Source of the DNA: Circinaria calcarea
Lineage: Eukaryota
Assembly: GCA_051942165.1 (NCBI GenBank)
Contig: JAVECS010000023.1
Coordinates: 1 to 40,479 of the forward strand
Direction: 5' to 3'
Length of the DNA stretch: 40,479 bases
The notes under the pieces were generated by a model, which worked only from the letters and a program-made list of their open reading frames with translations, ran no database searches and had not been told where the DNA came from. Numbering within the stretch: position 1 is the stretch's first letter; every line of letters begins with the position of its first letter. Shown here piece after piece: positions 1 through 11,861 of the stretch. The translations under genes and the position numbers were made by a program.

Positions 1-309
1 TAGGCCGAAAAGCGTAAAAAAACTAAACCCTTTACGGCCACTTTAAGTGTTCTGCTGAGACTCCGGTAGAATTTTGCTCGGATCGGACCGGGTCGTGCCC
101 AGATTTATAACCCTTCAACTTCGTTCCTCGTTTCAGGGCACTACGAACTTAGCCTCTTAGTATGGTGCCTGCGCCATAACATATAGCGGAGCACCCTATT
201 TCATTCACAATATCCTATCTGTTTTATATTAAAAATATACTTTATGCACTTGGGAGCACGCTTTCACTACGTGATAACATATCCAACAGTTTGAGGGATA
301 TTTTCAGAA

Positions 310-867
310 TTACTCTTCAGCCTCATTTAGGTTTATATTTTTACGAACCTTTGCTTCCAAGTAAGTTATTTCTTCTAGATAATTAGGTTAGTTAGTAAGT
401 ATATTTTTAACGTAATGCTACCGAACCTATTTTCCGTTGCTTGAACTCATCATTCTCGAGCTTCCTCCACAGCCAGTATGCCGATTGATATGTAAAGACA
501 CCCCCAAGGAAAACCTTGATGTATTACTTAGCTCTTATACGTACTAGAGCCATGAACAATTGGAACGTAGAAGTTTTGGAATAGTGGAGGAGTCTTGAAC
601 ATTACCTTGAGGATTGGGCGGCCAAAGGATTTGTAGAATGCAACCTTTGGATTGTAGATGTCAGACTGCCATACCCATGACCAAGGTGCTCAGGGAGGTA
701 TACGACATGACACGTACATGAGGTGAAACTTGCCTGAGGTTCATGTTTGACTGCTCTCGATGGACTTGCTGGGTTGAAGTATTCCGCACTGGGGATCGCC
801 GAGCGCCTATTGAAGTGCAACGCGCAAAACCTCGGAGACTTGCAGAAGTGTTTGGGCTGTTAATCAT
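310..867 (-). CDS. Small single-pass probable mitochondrial membrane protein, 113 aa, 4 exons; resembles fungal Ina17-like proteins
   Basis: Exons 867-718, 644-606, 514-427 and 374-310 are joined by GT-AG introns with branch motifs (CTGAC, CTAAG, CTAAC). The spliced product is MINSPNTSASLRGFARCTSIGARRSP...SPH|VAFYKSFGRPILK|VFLGGVFTYQSAYWLWRKLENDEFKQRKI|EEITYLEAKVRKNINLNEAEE*: an Arg-rich presequence-like N-terminus, a hydrophobic segment and a coiled-coil tail. The family call is from recall. Confidence 0.8.
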
Positions 868-1131
868 CGTAGACTATAGAGAGAAGATCATAAAGAGGAG
901 ACTCGAGGATTTGATGCTAGAGTACGTTTGGAAATTTCGAAGGGTGTGCGTAGCTTCGCTGTAAAATAAACATGAGAACATGTTGATCTCGTGCCTTTGC
1001 GGAGGGGCGGGCCGAACTGCGGCCAAATACAACCCCCCTTTTTGACTCCACAACCCACCGTCAAGTTTTGCCCATATATTACCGAAGGTGAACGATTCGA
1101 CCGAGTTTTAGTTGAAGGCTCAAGATCTAGT

Positions 1132-1432
1132 ATGGTGTGTTGAAGCTCAGTCTCCCTGATCGGTGGTTAGTGAGCTCATCTATTGCAGGCACAAACACCA
1201 CAGCAGCGGAAGGCGAATGAGCGCTATGCTCGCCTGGAGACGGCGAAGAGAGGAAGGCCAGAAAGTGCTGTGAAGCAGAAGCAGAAATTTAAATCTCCAA
1301 TATCACCGCTATGGATTGGTATGTTGCAAGTCACGTCGTCTAGATACTGACCCGTGCTAAACTCGGATAGGCCTGCTCGCATTTGTAGTTTGTGGTGGAT
1401 TGATCTTCGAATTACTACGCCTTTTCTTTTGA
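1132..1432 (+). CDS. RAMP4/SERP1 (Ysy6-like) tail-anchored stress-associated ER protein, 64 aa, 3 exons
   Basis: Exons 1132-1134 (ATG only), 1189-1318 and 1371-1432. Product M|AQTPQQRKANERYARLETAKRGRPESAVKQKQKFKSPISPLWI|GLLAFVVCGGLIFELLRLFF* has the typical fungal RAMP4 signature and C-terminal TM helix. Confidence 0.93.
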
Positions 1433-2054
1433 GCCAAGAGCCGATACCAGCCATATCTCATCAAGCATACAGCAGTCGACAATGGTTTATGGTTGATCAT
1501 CGATGCCCTTGTTGCTCCTGATCCCCCCAGTGGCCCCAGCTCAATCCATTTATATTCTTGTAAGACTGTCATAACGAACCTATGGTTATTTACCACTACC
1601 ATTAAGTTTCATCCTATCCCAGATCACCCAGCATGCTTACTGGTCGCTCAAGTGCCGCACCTCCTCCGATGGTCGAGTCTTCTAAGCTGTCTACCTCGGG
1701 GATTTACATTGCGACGAAGGCCCCAGTTGGAGCATCATACTATGTTCCGACGACTTCATTGGACAAGTAGACAATTGATAGGATTTTTTTTTGTCAAGTT
1801 CCGATTGTAGAAGCCAAAGTTACCCTCATGGATACACAAGAACTACTAATGGTGTAGAGCAGAGCTGTTCTCATACACCTGACTTTGTTCATGTGCCATA
1901 ATTGATTTTGCAGAATAGCCTATCGTTTAGATTGCATGGTAGACTGCTCAAATCTACTGACCTTTGTGCTCATAACCGATATCGACGATTATTGCATCGC
2001 ATCACATCGCATGGTCTGTGGCTGTGCGCTGTGCGCTGTGATTAAGGACCTTAA

Positions 2055-3829
2055 TCACGCCCGATACCATCCCGGACCATAGTTTATGGAGTTTTCTTCA
2101 TTACCAGGACTTCCCCTAGGCGGTATCCTACCAGTCATCTCCGCGTACACTCTCAATCCTGCTTCCATAGCGATCTGCTTGGCTTGTTTTCGTAAGACAC
2201 GCGCAGCTTGGTTATATTCGGCAAGCTCCATCCTCATCCTCACCCTCTCTCGCTTTTCCGTCTCAAGCGTACCGTTCTCGAGCACACGGTGACCTTTCAG
2301 ATGTACTGGCTTGGCTGGCGTTGAAATCTCTGGCGGAGGCTCAATTCCTCGCTCTTTGCAAAGGTCTATCACGCGTTCCCGAACAAGCACTTCTTTGCGA
2401 ATTTCGGCACTTTCAATTGCTCTCCGTAACTTACGCCTTAGCTTGTGGTTGAAGTTTAGAGCCTCATAGTCTTGGCCCTCGCCCACGTCAAGCTTGATGT
2501 ACTCCCCTGAATCTCGGCCATCCTTCGGCGCGGAGGGGACAAGTTGTGTCCCGGCTTGCTCTGGAATGGTAGAAAGGTCCACTCGCTTCTTGCTCCCCTT
2601 AGGCTTAACGTCATTCAAGGATTCTCCAAGCTCCAATGCTTCGAAGTCAACGTCCACACCTTTCATACCTAGAGCTTTCGGCTTGATCTCATTGACCCCG
2701 GGAGTGTTCTCAAGCGTGAAGCCAAACTGCGCACACTGATCCAGAGCTGCTTTTCGATCAAAACGGTTGATTTCAACGGCAATACGCTTCGCTTCTTCTT
2801 CTTCTACACTCCTTACTTTAGTTTTGTGTCTCGTTTCTTCTTCTGGATAACGTGTTAGATTAGAAAAGCGACACCCACAAAATAGGAGAATTACCCTTAA
2901 TTGTTTTCCAAGTCAGTTTAAGCTCACGATAGACCTTACGCTTCTCGTCCCTAGCTGCTCGCCGCTCGATCTTACCACACTGCTGCTTCGCCCTTAGAGC
3001 TTTCCTCTCAGCTGCTTTACGTCGCTTCGCTCTGATAACTCTACGTTCAAGTTGCTCATCTGGAAGGTCCCATAACGCAAGCCAGTCCTCTTCGCCTTCA
3101 GGGAGGGATATCCCATCAGGAATTATGGGCTTTTGGGGCGGTGGTCTAGGTTCCATTGCGGCTATTCTCTTTTGTTGCGTTTTGCTCATGCCTCTCAGTG
3201 CTACACGTGGTTTGACAGCATCGATTTGTGATAGTCGAGCAGGGTTTATCCCATTGACTGCTGCGCCGGTGACTTTGCCATTCTCCGTTTTGTCCCTATT
3301 CTCCGTTACCTGGAACTCAGCTTTGACGTCGTATGTTCCTCTAACTGTCCCTAGGTTCGCATCTTTCTTAGCTTGTTCCATAGCCTCCCTTTCCTGACGC
3401 CTTTTTATTGTTTCTAGCGATATAACTGTACCGTCTTCCTGAGTGATCACCGGTCCCACGTTAAACATCGCGCCCGAAGGGTCGTGCACCGCCGCCAGGC
3501 GCTGAGCTTGCTTCAGTGCTTCTGTCCAAATCTTTCTCCTTTCGCCGTCGATATCTCTTAATCGATTACGCTCCGCATTTTTGGTGTACTTGTCGGGATT
3601 CCTGGTCTGCCTTGAGCGTTTAGCGACCGTCCCATGTCACCTGTGAGCTGCAGTAGTAACTTACCATACGCCGTAGGATGGTAGCATTGAGCTTACGTTG
3701 CTTCTTCTCGTCTGCCTTACGATTTCGCTTCTCACGTCTAGCCGCTACCCGATACTCCCGATCTCGTTGCTTTCGCTCCCAATCAGGATCTGGAAGCAGC
3801 TGTGTATCAGCTGCTTGCTCGAGCTGCAT
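2055..3829 (-). CDS. Hypothetical Lys/Arg/Glu-rich coiled-coil protein (probably nuclear); start uncertain
   Basis: ORFs 3620-3883, 2860-3489 and 2055-2666 join in frame through introns 3664-3607 (GTAAGT...CAG) and 2894-2843 (GTAATT...CTAAC...CAG). The first in-frame ATG is at 3829; an extra upstream exon is possible. Confidence 0.75.
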
Positions 3830-4059
3830 GAAGTGTTGTGTTTCCACTCGAAAAACGCTGCCTACCCTTGGTTCTTCTTGCAAGATCCGGCATGGGAGTC
3901 TGCGACTGCCATTCCATCATGCCCTCCATGACTGGTTCTACAATGAATGCTATGATAGAGCTCGGTAGCTGTGTTAGTGTTTGGTCACTTCTGGTCCCTC
4001 TTATCTGTTATATGCATTAAAGTGAATAGAAAATTTCGATATGATAAGTTAGAATGATC

Positions 4060-4350
4060 GGTGCGCTAGGCGCCTTTTGGTTAGACTCAGGCTCGCTTCC
4101 ATGCGCGCTGAGAAGCTCTACACAGTAGTTCTTAGCTGATAGGCTTCACCGTTTACTCCAGAGGGCAAAGGGGAGGGTTTCCGGTCACCCTCGGGAAAGT
4201 CGACCCTGAAAAAGAGCAAATGCTCCCCTGCGGAGCGAAAACGGTTTGGAGGCTATTGCTCTGGAGTTATAGATAGAATAATGATAGGCGGCATTCGTAA
4301 CCCTATTACTCCGTTCAACCGAACACCCTTGTCACTACGCCTTCACAGAT
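4060..4350. ncRNA. Candidate structured ncRNA, family unassigned (possibly H/ACA-like)
   Basis: Intergenic run of inverted repeats: CTCAG/CTGAG, GAAGC/GCTTC, ACTCCAGAG 4155-4163 with CTCTGGAGT 4259-4267, ACCGTTT 4148-4154 with AAACGGT 4239-4245, and AGGCG/CGCCT followed by ACA. Confidence 0.3.
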
Positions 4351-4679
4351 TTACTATCCTAGTTGAATTTAGCTGCGTTGGAGAATCGCTGTTGACGGTT
4401 AGAGCGCATATCCATCCTTGGGTTTGAGATGGAACTAATCCTATACAGCTGAGGCATGTAAAATTGGGCAAAAAGCCCCTCACTAGTGACTCTCGCACTC
4501 TATGGCACCTAGACGCTTCAGTCAATTGATGTTTCATCCCAAAAAAGGCTCACCCAGTGCTGCAGGCGAGCTAAGCATTTGATTCTCTATTGTACACGCC
4601 TTCGTTATGTGGCTATGAAAGCTCAAGGTGGAATATGCCATTTGAACATAATTCAAATAGTAGCTCTGTCGTCTTTCAA

Positions 4680-7600
4680 CTACGTCTTCGGGAGCTCTTG
4701 ACTGGCGTGAGTCGTCTTTGTCATCCTCTTTTTCTTCGCCTTCTTCGACACAACATCCTCGTTCAGAGCAGGAGAATTATCTCTTGCCGTTAGCTTTCCT
4801 TGACCTTGTAAGTCTTCAGTTGTTATCTTCTTTTTCTTTCTCCTCTTTTTGACGAGTGTACCGTCTACAGGAATATCCCCAGCCACCTGAATGCGTTCTG
4901 ACGCGCGCTGCATTTCCAACCGCAAACGTTCAACTTCTGCTAACGCTCTAGCCATCTCCATATCCTCCGTGTCCTTGTCATTAGCGGCAAGCTCTCCATG
5001 CATGTCTCCATCTTTAGTCTCGTCCAGCCCTAATAGACCGATGCCACTCGAATCAACTTGTAGAAGTGATTTCTTCCCTTTTCCCCGCATAGCGTTTACT
5101 TTATTCTGCAATGCTATGTACTTGTCAGACTTGCCCTGATCCTCGTCAACATCATCTCCGATGTTCTCATCAGCCGTAATGTGTATTTTTTGGCGGTGTT
5201 TGCGTTTGCTTCTGGTTCGCTCTACGTCCGAGGCATCGGCATTAATAAACTTATCTCCAAGATCAAGATCCATGATCGGTATTGAATCTATGTCCACATC
5301 GGTCCCGTTAGCTGTCTTAAGTATATTGTGAAAAGGCGTTGAGGTCCCAGAGGAGGAATCGTCAATGTTGGCTATATAAAACGGATCATCTTTATTCCTT
5401 TCGCGACGCTCGGCACGTTTCCTTGCTATAGCGGAAGCATCATGCAAGGAGCCTTCGCCGTGCTGATACGAGGACGGATCGTCAAACGGTTTTGGTAGAT
5501 TTTTGGCTACTGGCTCCGGTAGTGTTTTCTTGGCTGGGCGCTGAAAATAAAACTGTTGGGTCTCGACAGACTCTGTATCCTGTGGAGCCTCCCTCTCCGC
5601 ATGTTGGAGAAGGATCGATAGATTTTCATTGAGAGGAACATCTAGGTCAAGACCAGTCGGAACGGGTACTTTTCCTTGTGCGCTTGCGGCTACCGGATTG
5701 AGCTCGAGGCCTCTAAATAAAGACGGTATAGCCTTGGTTAGGAGTAAGGGGCCGTCGTGGTCTTCACTGATATGGCTTGAAACAGCTTCCGCTGCGAGGC
5801 GCATGAGCTCCAACAACTCAACCGAGCGCTCTTGTACTTCGAGGTTGGGATGAGCTGTCAATGACTCAAAGAAATGGATAATCTTGGTTAAGAGCAGTAA
5901 GATGGTGGTCTGAGATTGCTGAGTCCAGGAAAATGCGTAAGAAGCAGCAATGGTCACAAATACCTTCGGGATTGCTTGTAGATATGCAATTATAACTTCA
6001 GGGCCTAGTGTTTGGACTGTCGGCTGCACCAGAAAATCCAGCGTGTCTTGTGGACCGGGTAAACTTTCTGCATACTCCCCAACAATCCAGGCAGCATATG
6101 GAAGCACACCCTGACCCCCGGGGCCGAGCTTGGAAGTGAAACCTGGTCTGCCTCCGGCTGCCACGAGTGAGTCAGAAGCGTTGACGGCATCTGATCTCAC
6201 CGCGCTCACCCTGACTGCTACGTTCCGTAGCTCAGCCCCAACAGCACCTGAGATCCGGCCATCGGCCCGCTCCATTAAGTCCGATGGCAGTCCGGTTGGT
6301 ATGGTGGTTACTGGAATGAGCTGGACCAGGTCGATCAATACTCGAACATACCATTCGAAGTCAGTTATACAAGCGTATGTATTCCGCGAGCACATGTTAA
6401 GGATCTGGTGGATCGCTGCTATTTTGTATTCTTCGGGTACATGAGGAACATCATCTTTGTGTGGTTTAGTCGGACGCAGTGTCTCTTCAGGATCCTGATC
6501 CTCTGAATCTGCCGCTGGCTCTACCTCACCGGCTTGACTCACTTCCTCAGCGACCCTACTCCTATTCTGTAGAGGCGCCTTCCGCAGCTGTTGCATTAGG
6601 CGGTCAACGACAGAGATCAGGTTTTCGACATTTACCATCCCGGAACCCAGATTTAGAGCCTGGAGGCGGATTGAAACATCTGGATCGTCGATGCAATTCA
6701 TTATCGTGTCTTGATTTGTTGCCACGACATGCGGATGAGAAATGACGATCTTATTGAAAGCAAGAAGCGCGACATACTTAACTGATTAAAGTCAGCCTAA
6801 GCCTATTCGATTATAAAACTCACTTACGATTAGGGTCCCCTTCCGAAGCAATCATACCACGCAGCTTTCCAACGCAAACTGCAGCAACCTCCTCACCTTC
6901 ATGTGCACCGTCTGTCCCTTCTAAGATACCTCCCTGTATGATGCCATTTATACATTCATATAGCAAAGACATAGCTGGAGTTGTCTGGATAAGGGTCATC
7001 AAAGGGGGAAGAAGCTTCTTTATGAGCCGAGGTTCCAATGGTGTCAATGTGGCAAACTATACGAGATTTAGGATACTGCTAGGGCTCCAAATGGAATACA
7101 AACCAATTTGATGATTTTGATAGCCATCCAGTTGTTTCCCCCGTCAATCAGCAGGCCAAAGAGCCTAGGAGCAAGAGGAAGGAAGTCCCGCGGCCTTCTC
7201 CAACCCAGTTCGCAGACTACGTTGATCACCGCAGCAGTGACACTTGGATCTTCGTCTTCGTTCATCAGTATCTCCTTGATCTTTGGCCAGACAGGTCGAA
7301 GTGTTTCGGGGTATGCCAAGGCTAATCGATACAGAGCAACAATCGTCTTTTTACGTATGCTCGGGTTTGAATGTGCCAGACGAGGTAGCAGATCTGCTAA
7401 CAGTGACATGGCAAGAGATGGTGTGATGATGTGCGGTAGCGTGATCAACGGTAAACAGATGGTTGGTATTGATGGAGAATTGATGTCCTAAGGCTATGTT
7501 CAACTTCCATGCTGGCAAGCTCACTGCGATCCCAATAGTCACCTTTTTCAAGAGATTTGTAGCAAGCATCAATACTTCGGTGTCAGGGCGAAAGCTTTGG

Positions 7601-7974
7601 ACCGCGCCCAGATATCCTACTCTTTTCTGTAGATATTTTGGCGATGACATTACTTCCAGAACATTGAAAGATGCCCAGGACATGTCGTGACCAAACATTT
7701 CGAGGTAGATCAATTTGAGTAAAGCGGTAGCCTTGAGATCTGCATGCTGTAAGCCAAGAAGAATCCGTCTGAGCAACAAGAGGCACGAAGTCCGCACCCA
7801 TGTCTGGCCCACGAATTTCCGCCCGGCATTCTCGAAGGCTATGCTGAATGTATTCTCTCTCGTTGCCCTTATGGTTTCGGAGACCTCGGATGAGATCGTA
7901 AAGCGATTTCTCGAACCTGAAGAGTATAAGCTGTAACCTCGTCAGTATAGCAGCTAGGCGATTGATGCGCACAT
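4680..7974 (-). CDS. APL5: AP-3 adaptor complex subunit delta
   Basis: Spliced product starts MFEKSLYDLIRGLRNHKG and contains QKRVGYLGAVQSF, NNWMAIKIIKLFATLTPLEPRL and LEVQERSVE. Introns 7972-7917, 7797-7740, 7542-7488, 7103-7057 and 6827-6782. Confidence 0.95.
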
Positions 7975-8508
7975 TATAAAAGGTCTCAACTACTCCCGGC
8001 GCACCGATGGCCTTCTCTTCGGATTTCAAATGTGACGAGTTTTTACCTGTCATATGAGCCTTCGTCAGCCCTGTCCATCTGTGATTTATCAAGGCACGTA
8101 CCAAGGTAAGAGCCGTTGCTCAAGGAAGGTCTTAGAGACTTCGTATACGCTCTTCATGAATGATTCACAAGTAGAGTTCTGCATATCGCTTTGGGCTTGT
8201 CGTACAGATCCCTCTGCGGCAGATTCTCTCGAGAACCATTGAGGCAGAGTGAAGGTTCAGACGGCACTTCGAATTGTCTCTACACTTGCCTGCTCGCATC
8301 CAGTCTTGACTGTCAACCCATCACAACCGCTTTGCTCCATGCAAGTTGTAATAAGGCTTATCTTATCTTAGCGTGAAATCCATTGCTCCGCCGCCGTGAT
8401 GCCTCTGTGGCCTTGGGAGTGGAATTCTCATTCCTAACTTCTAACACTCGATTCCGTACACTCTCATCCCCTACAAGCCACTCTCATCGGCTTCTAGTCG
8501 TGTTTGAC

Positions 8509-9688
8509 ATGGCTAGCCTACCTTCGACTCCAGCTCGACGTATGCCGCATACGGATGCGGTGAGATTTTCTCAAAATGCTCCTCGGTACCTGGAAAAGCA
8601 AGGAAACTTACAAACATCGACCATCCTCTCATTCCTCTTAGCCAAGGAGACTTCCGAGGTATGGATGAATTACGAACAGCTACTGCTTTCATGCCTTCGA
8701 ACTGGAGATGATAAGTCTGCCCTCCTTTGTCTCGATAGCTTGATCGGTCGCTTCGGCGTCGACAATGAGCGCGTCATGGCCTTACGGGGCCTATATCAAG
8801 AAGTTGTTGCAGAAGATGAAACTGCCCTTGAAAAAGTGCTGCAAGAGTACGAAAACGTTGTCCTTCAAGACCCCACTAATACAGTATGGATCCTTTCCCA
8901 CTGATAAGCCACGTAATCTAACCTTGTAGCCTGTGACAAAACGTCAAATTGCACTTCTCCAGAGCCTTTCTAGACCTGCCGAAGCCATCGTCGCTTTGGT
9001 CGAGTTGTTGGAAACCTCTCCCACCGACATCGAAGCCTGGGCTGAGCTATCTGACTTGTACGTATCGCAAGCAATGTACCCACAAGCAATTTTCTGTCTT
9101 GAGGAGATCCTCCTCGTTGCACCCAATGCATGGAATGTAGGTTATCTCTAAACAAATATGCTGGTCGGTTTTGGTGATCTGTCCAGCTCGCGTCTGACTA
9201 TGCCAAATCTAGATTCATGCTCGGCTGGGAGAGATATCCTACGTGTTCAGCTATGCGTTTGCCAACGATGACGCCAGCATGGAAAAACTTTTGCTTGATG
9301 CAGTCCGTCGTTTTTGTAGAAGTATTGAGCTTTGCAATGGGTATTTGCGAGGGTTTTACGGATTAAAAATCGTAAGCCCGGATGGCAATAATAATATATG
9401 TAAACACCACATGACGCTGACTATTCATAGACCACTGATAGACTTTTGGAAACCACCCACAAAGATAGCAAGCGTGAATCGAGTACGAAAAAGACTACAG
9501 GGAGCGGCGACTTTGCTCATGTTTCACTTGGCACTGTGAACAAGCTCAACGAGAAAGCCACTCTCAACATATCACGAATAGTGACGCGGAAAAGCGCTGG
9601 AGACCCTTGTTACATGGATTACGACGATTCCGAGATAATCGCGGCCAAAGACCTGATCAATGGGACCGCCTCTAAACAGCAACGGTGA
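8509..9688 (+). CDS. EMC2: ER membrane protein complex subunit 2 (TPR protein, Oca3-like)
   Basis: Motifs WMNYEQLLLSCLRTGDD, RFGVDNERVMALRGLY, PTDIEAWAELSDLY and FCRSIELCNGYLRGFYGL. Introns 8884-8929, 9137-9212 and 9372-9430. Confidence 0.9.
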
Positions 9689-11680
9689 AGATGTGGTGCA
9701 GATTTATCCCATTGCTTGAGCCGCTGAAGTCGCGCAAGAAGGACCCGGAGGCGCAGAAAACGGTATGAATCTGTTGTTGACTGGATCGGCTCTAGCAGTA
9801 TCGCCCTCTCAGATGGCAAACCAAGCCACACGGGAAGCTCAGGACGGAGAGATATGCCAGTGCAGAGTGTGCTATCCAATCACCAAAGGCTAATCTCCTA
9901 TACACGACAACTGAACTCTATTCATGCATATCTTAATGTACCTCGGATTGTGGAATCGAGGCTGGAATCCTTGGAATTGGCGATTGATGGGGTAGCACGT
10001 ACCGCATGTGGATATGGTGGGAGATCGGAGCAAAGTATTGCTGCAGCGAAATAGATTGCAACATAGAATCTTGTCGCCTATGAGCGTTAGTCGGAAGGGC
10101 TCCCTTGGTTGTGGCTCCTGGCAGGGTACATTATTACCAACGATGTCGACAGTGCATGTGGATAGGGAATGACATGGCCGTGCGGCAGCATTGAAGCGAC
10201 AGCCTCGGGGAGTCTATGGGTGCAACCGCCAGCATTCTAACCGTTTTGTCTTTCTCACTGTAGGAAAGAAGCAATGGGCATCCAGTGCGAGAAATGTACC
10301 GCTCAGCATGGCTGATGTGCGCCACCTGTCCGTTCAAGTACTGCCATATCCGCCCTTATTCTTTGGGTCCAGGTCATCTTAGCATCGCAGATATGCCGCG
10401 CAATCCTCAGCTGGACGTCGCCGAGTACACGCTCGGACGACGGGGTAGTGGTTCTGTAGAATGATACCGTTGCCAGAGTATCCTGACCATCATCCGCTTA
10501 CATGACTCTCGACATGAACTACCTCCATCCTTGCCATGATATATCTGGACCGCATTCAATCCGGGGGCACACTCCTCTTCCGAATGACCGGAGGCGGATG
10601 AGATGTTCAAAGACTGTCTGCATGAATCCGAACCTTCGCCGTGGGTTGGCCTTACAGGAAGCAGTGGGGGCGTCGAGCATCGAATCGAGGCCCCACCTCC
10701 CGCAATCGCATTTCCATGATCCTTGTTCGGCCGTCATGCCTACGACTTTAATGGAATTAGCGGCTTCACTACTACGATGGCAGACTCGACCTTGCATGAT
10801 AGACCTAATACTCCGTAATCTGTGTTTTATTACCAAACCCACGATACAAAATTCAATTACGCTGGCAGGACTATCCACCTGCACTCATAAAAATCGCGAC
10901 GTATTTTCATCATGTTCACATCCAATTTTGTATGGTGGCTTGGTAATAAAACACAGACTATTAGGCGAGGTCTATCATTCAAATCGGGTCTACCATCGCA
11001 GTCGCCAAGCCGCTAATGGTCTACCGTTACAGTCGTAACATGCCTGCCCCTCGCTCGATTACCGCCTTTTTGGGTGCTAAGGGTCCATTCGATCCCGCCA
11101 ATCATTCGGCTTCACTTACTTTGGGCCATTCTGGAGGCTTTGGGGAGTCACCGAGTCAATGGATGAAGAATATCAGAGGGTATGATGGATGAGCAATGAT
11201 GAGGTGGCCGAGGGTGGATTGATTGATTTGCATCGGACCGAGTACCCTGGCTCGAGCCCTGGGCCTTCCCTTCGTGCCTACATATACTACCCGACCACCA
11301 ACAGAACGGTGTACCCCTTCCGTTCACCTGACCTCTATAGTCCATACATTCTATTCTCTACATGTCTTGGCCTCCTTCGAATTCGCATCCCTTGCATTCT
11401 TCACTCCCCCCAACTCTCTGCTCTACCATTCACCCATCATACCGCGCTTGCACCGGAGAGAGGAAAGCATTCCATCCTGGACCGCGGCCACAACTATCCT
11501 GCTTATCTGTGTTATGCTCGAGGCTGCCTGTCGGCACCATTGATAACCTAGCGTTGCCCTTTTCCAGTAACTTTACTCACCCATTCTCGCCCGCCGAGCT
11601 TCTCATCGTTGCTCCTGCATTGCCATCACGCCTACCCTACCCCGTAGCTGCTCATCTTCATGCGACAGCATCCGCCCCGC

Positions 11681-11701
11681 CATCATCATCATCATCATCA
11701 T
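11681..11701. repeat. (CAT)7 microsatellite
   Basis: Seven consecutive CAT units upstream of the gene starting at 11862. Confidence 0.9.
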
Positions 11702-11861
11702 CACCATTGCCGTCGTCGGCAAATTTCCCCGCCTCGGCCACGCTCCAACGCTGATGTGGTAGGAGAATCGAGTCGCGGACCAGTTCGAGCACAATTCCCC
11801 TAAATCTCTCTCGCAAAAGGAAGGCGTTGGGCCAGAAAGTCCTTTGGTTGCGGCTTTCCAT

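Noticed and set aside
200..430. AT/TA-rich stretch suggesting a RIP-degraded transposon
   Set aside because: It is explained by the last intron, last exon and 3' UTR of the 310-867 gene; no transposase or terminal repeats are visible.
4071..4092. GCCTTTTGGTTAGACTCAGG resembles the 5' part of U2 snRNA
   Set aside because: The invariant GTGTAGTATCTG branch-recognition sequence and a matching Sm site are missing.
4155..4267. 9-bp inverted repeat as MITE termini
   Set aside because: The repeat is too short, there is no clean target-site duplication, and I saw no second copy in the window.
4298..4305. TAACCCTA as a telomerase RNA template
   Set aside because: An 8-nt match is expected by chance in 40 kb, no U-rich pseudoknot strand follows, and there is too little room for a filamentous-fungal TER.
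6782..6827. GTAAGTGAGT double donor as a nested (stwin) intron
   Set aside because: The intron is only 46 nt with one branch and acceptor set, too short for nested introns.
10502..11038. 178-aa plus-strand ORF
   Set aside because: No recognisable motifs and atypical composition; probably spurious.
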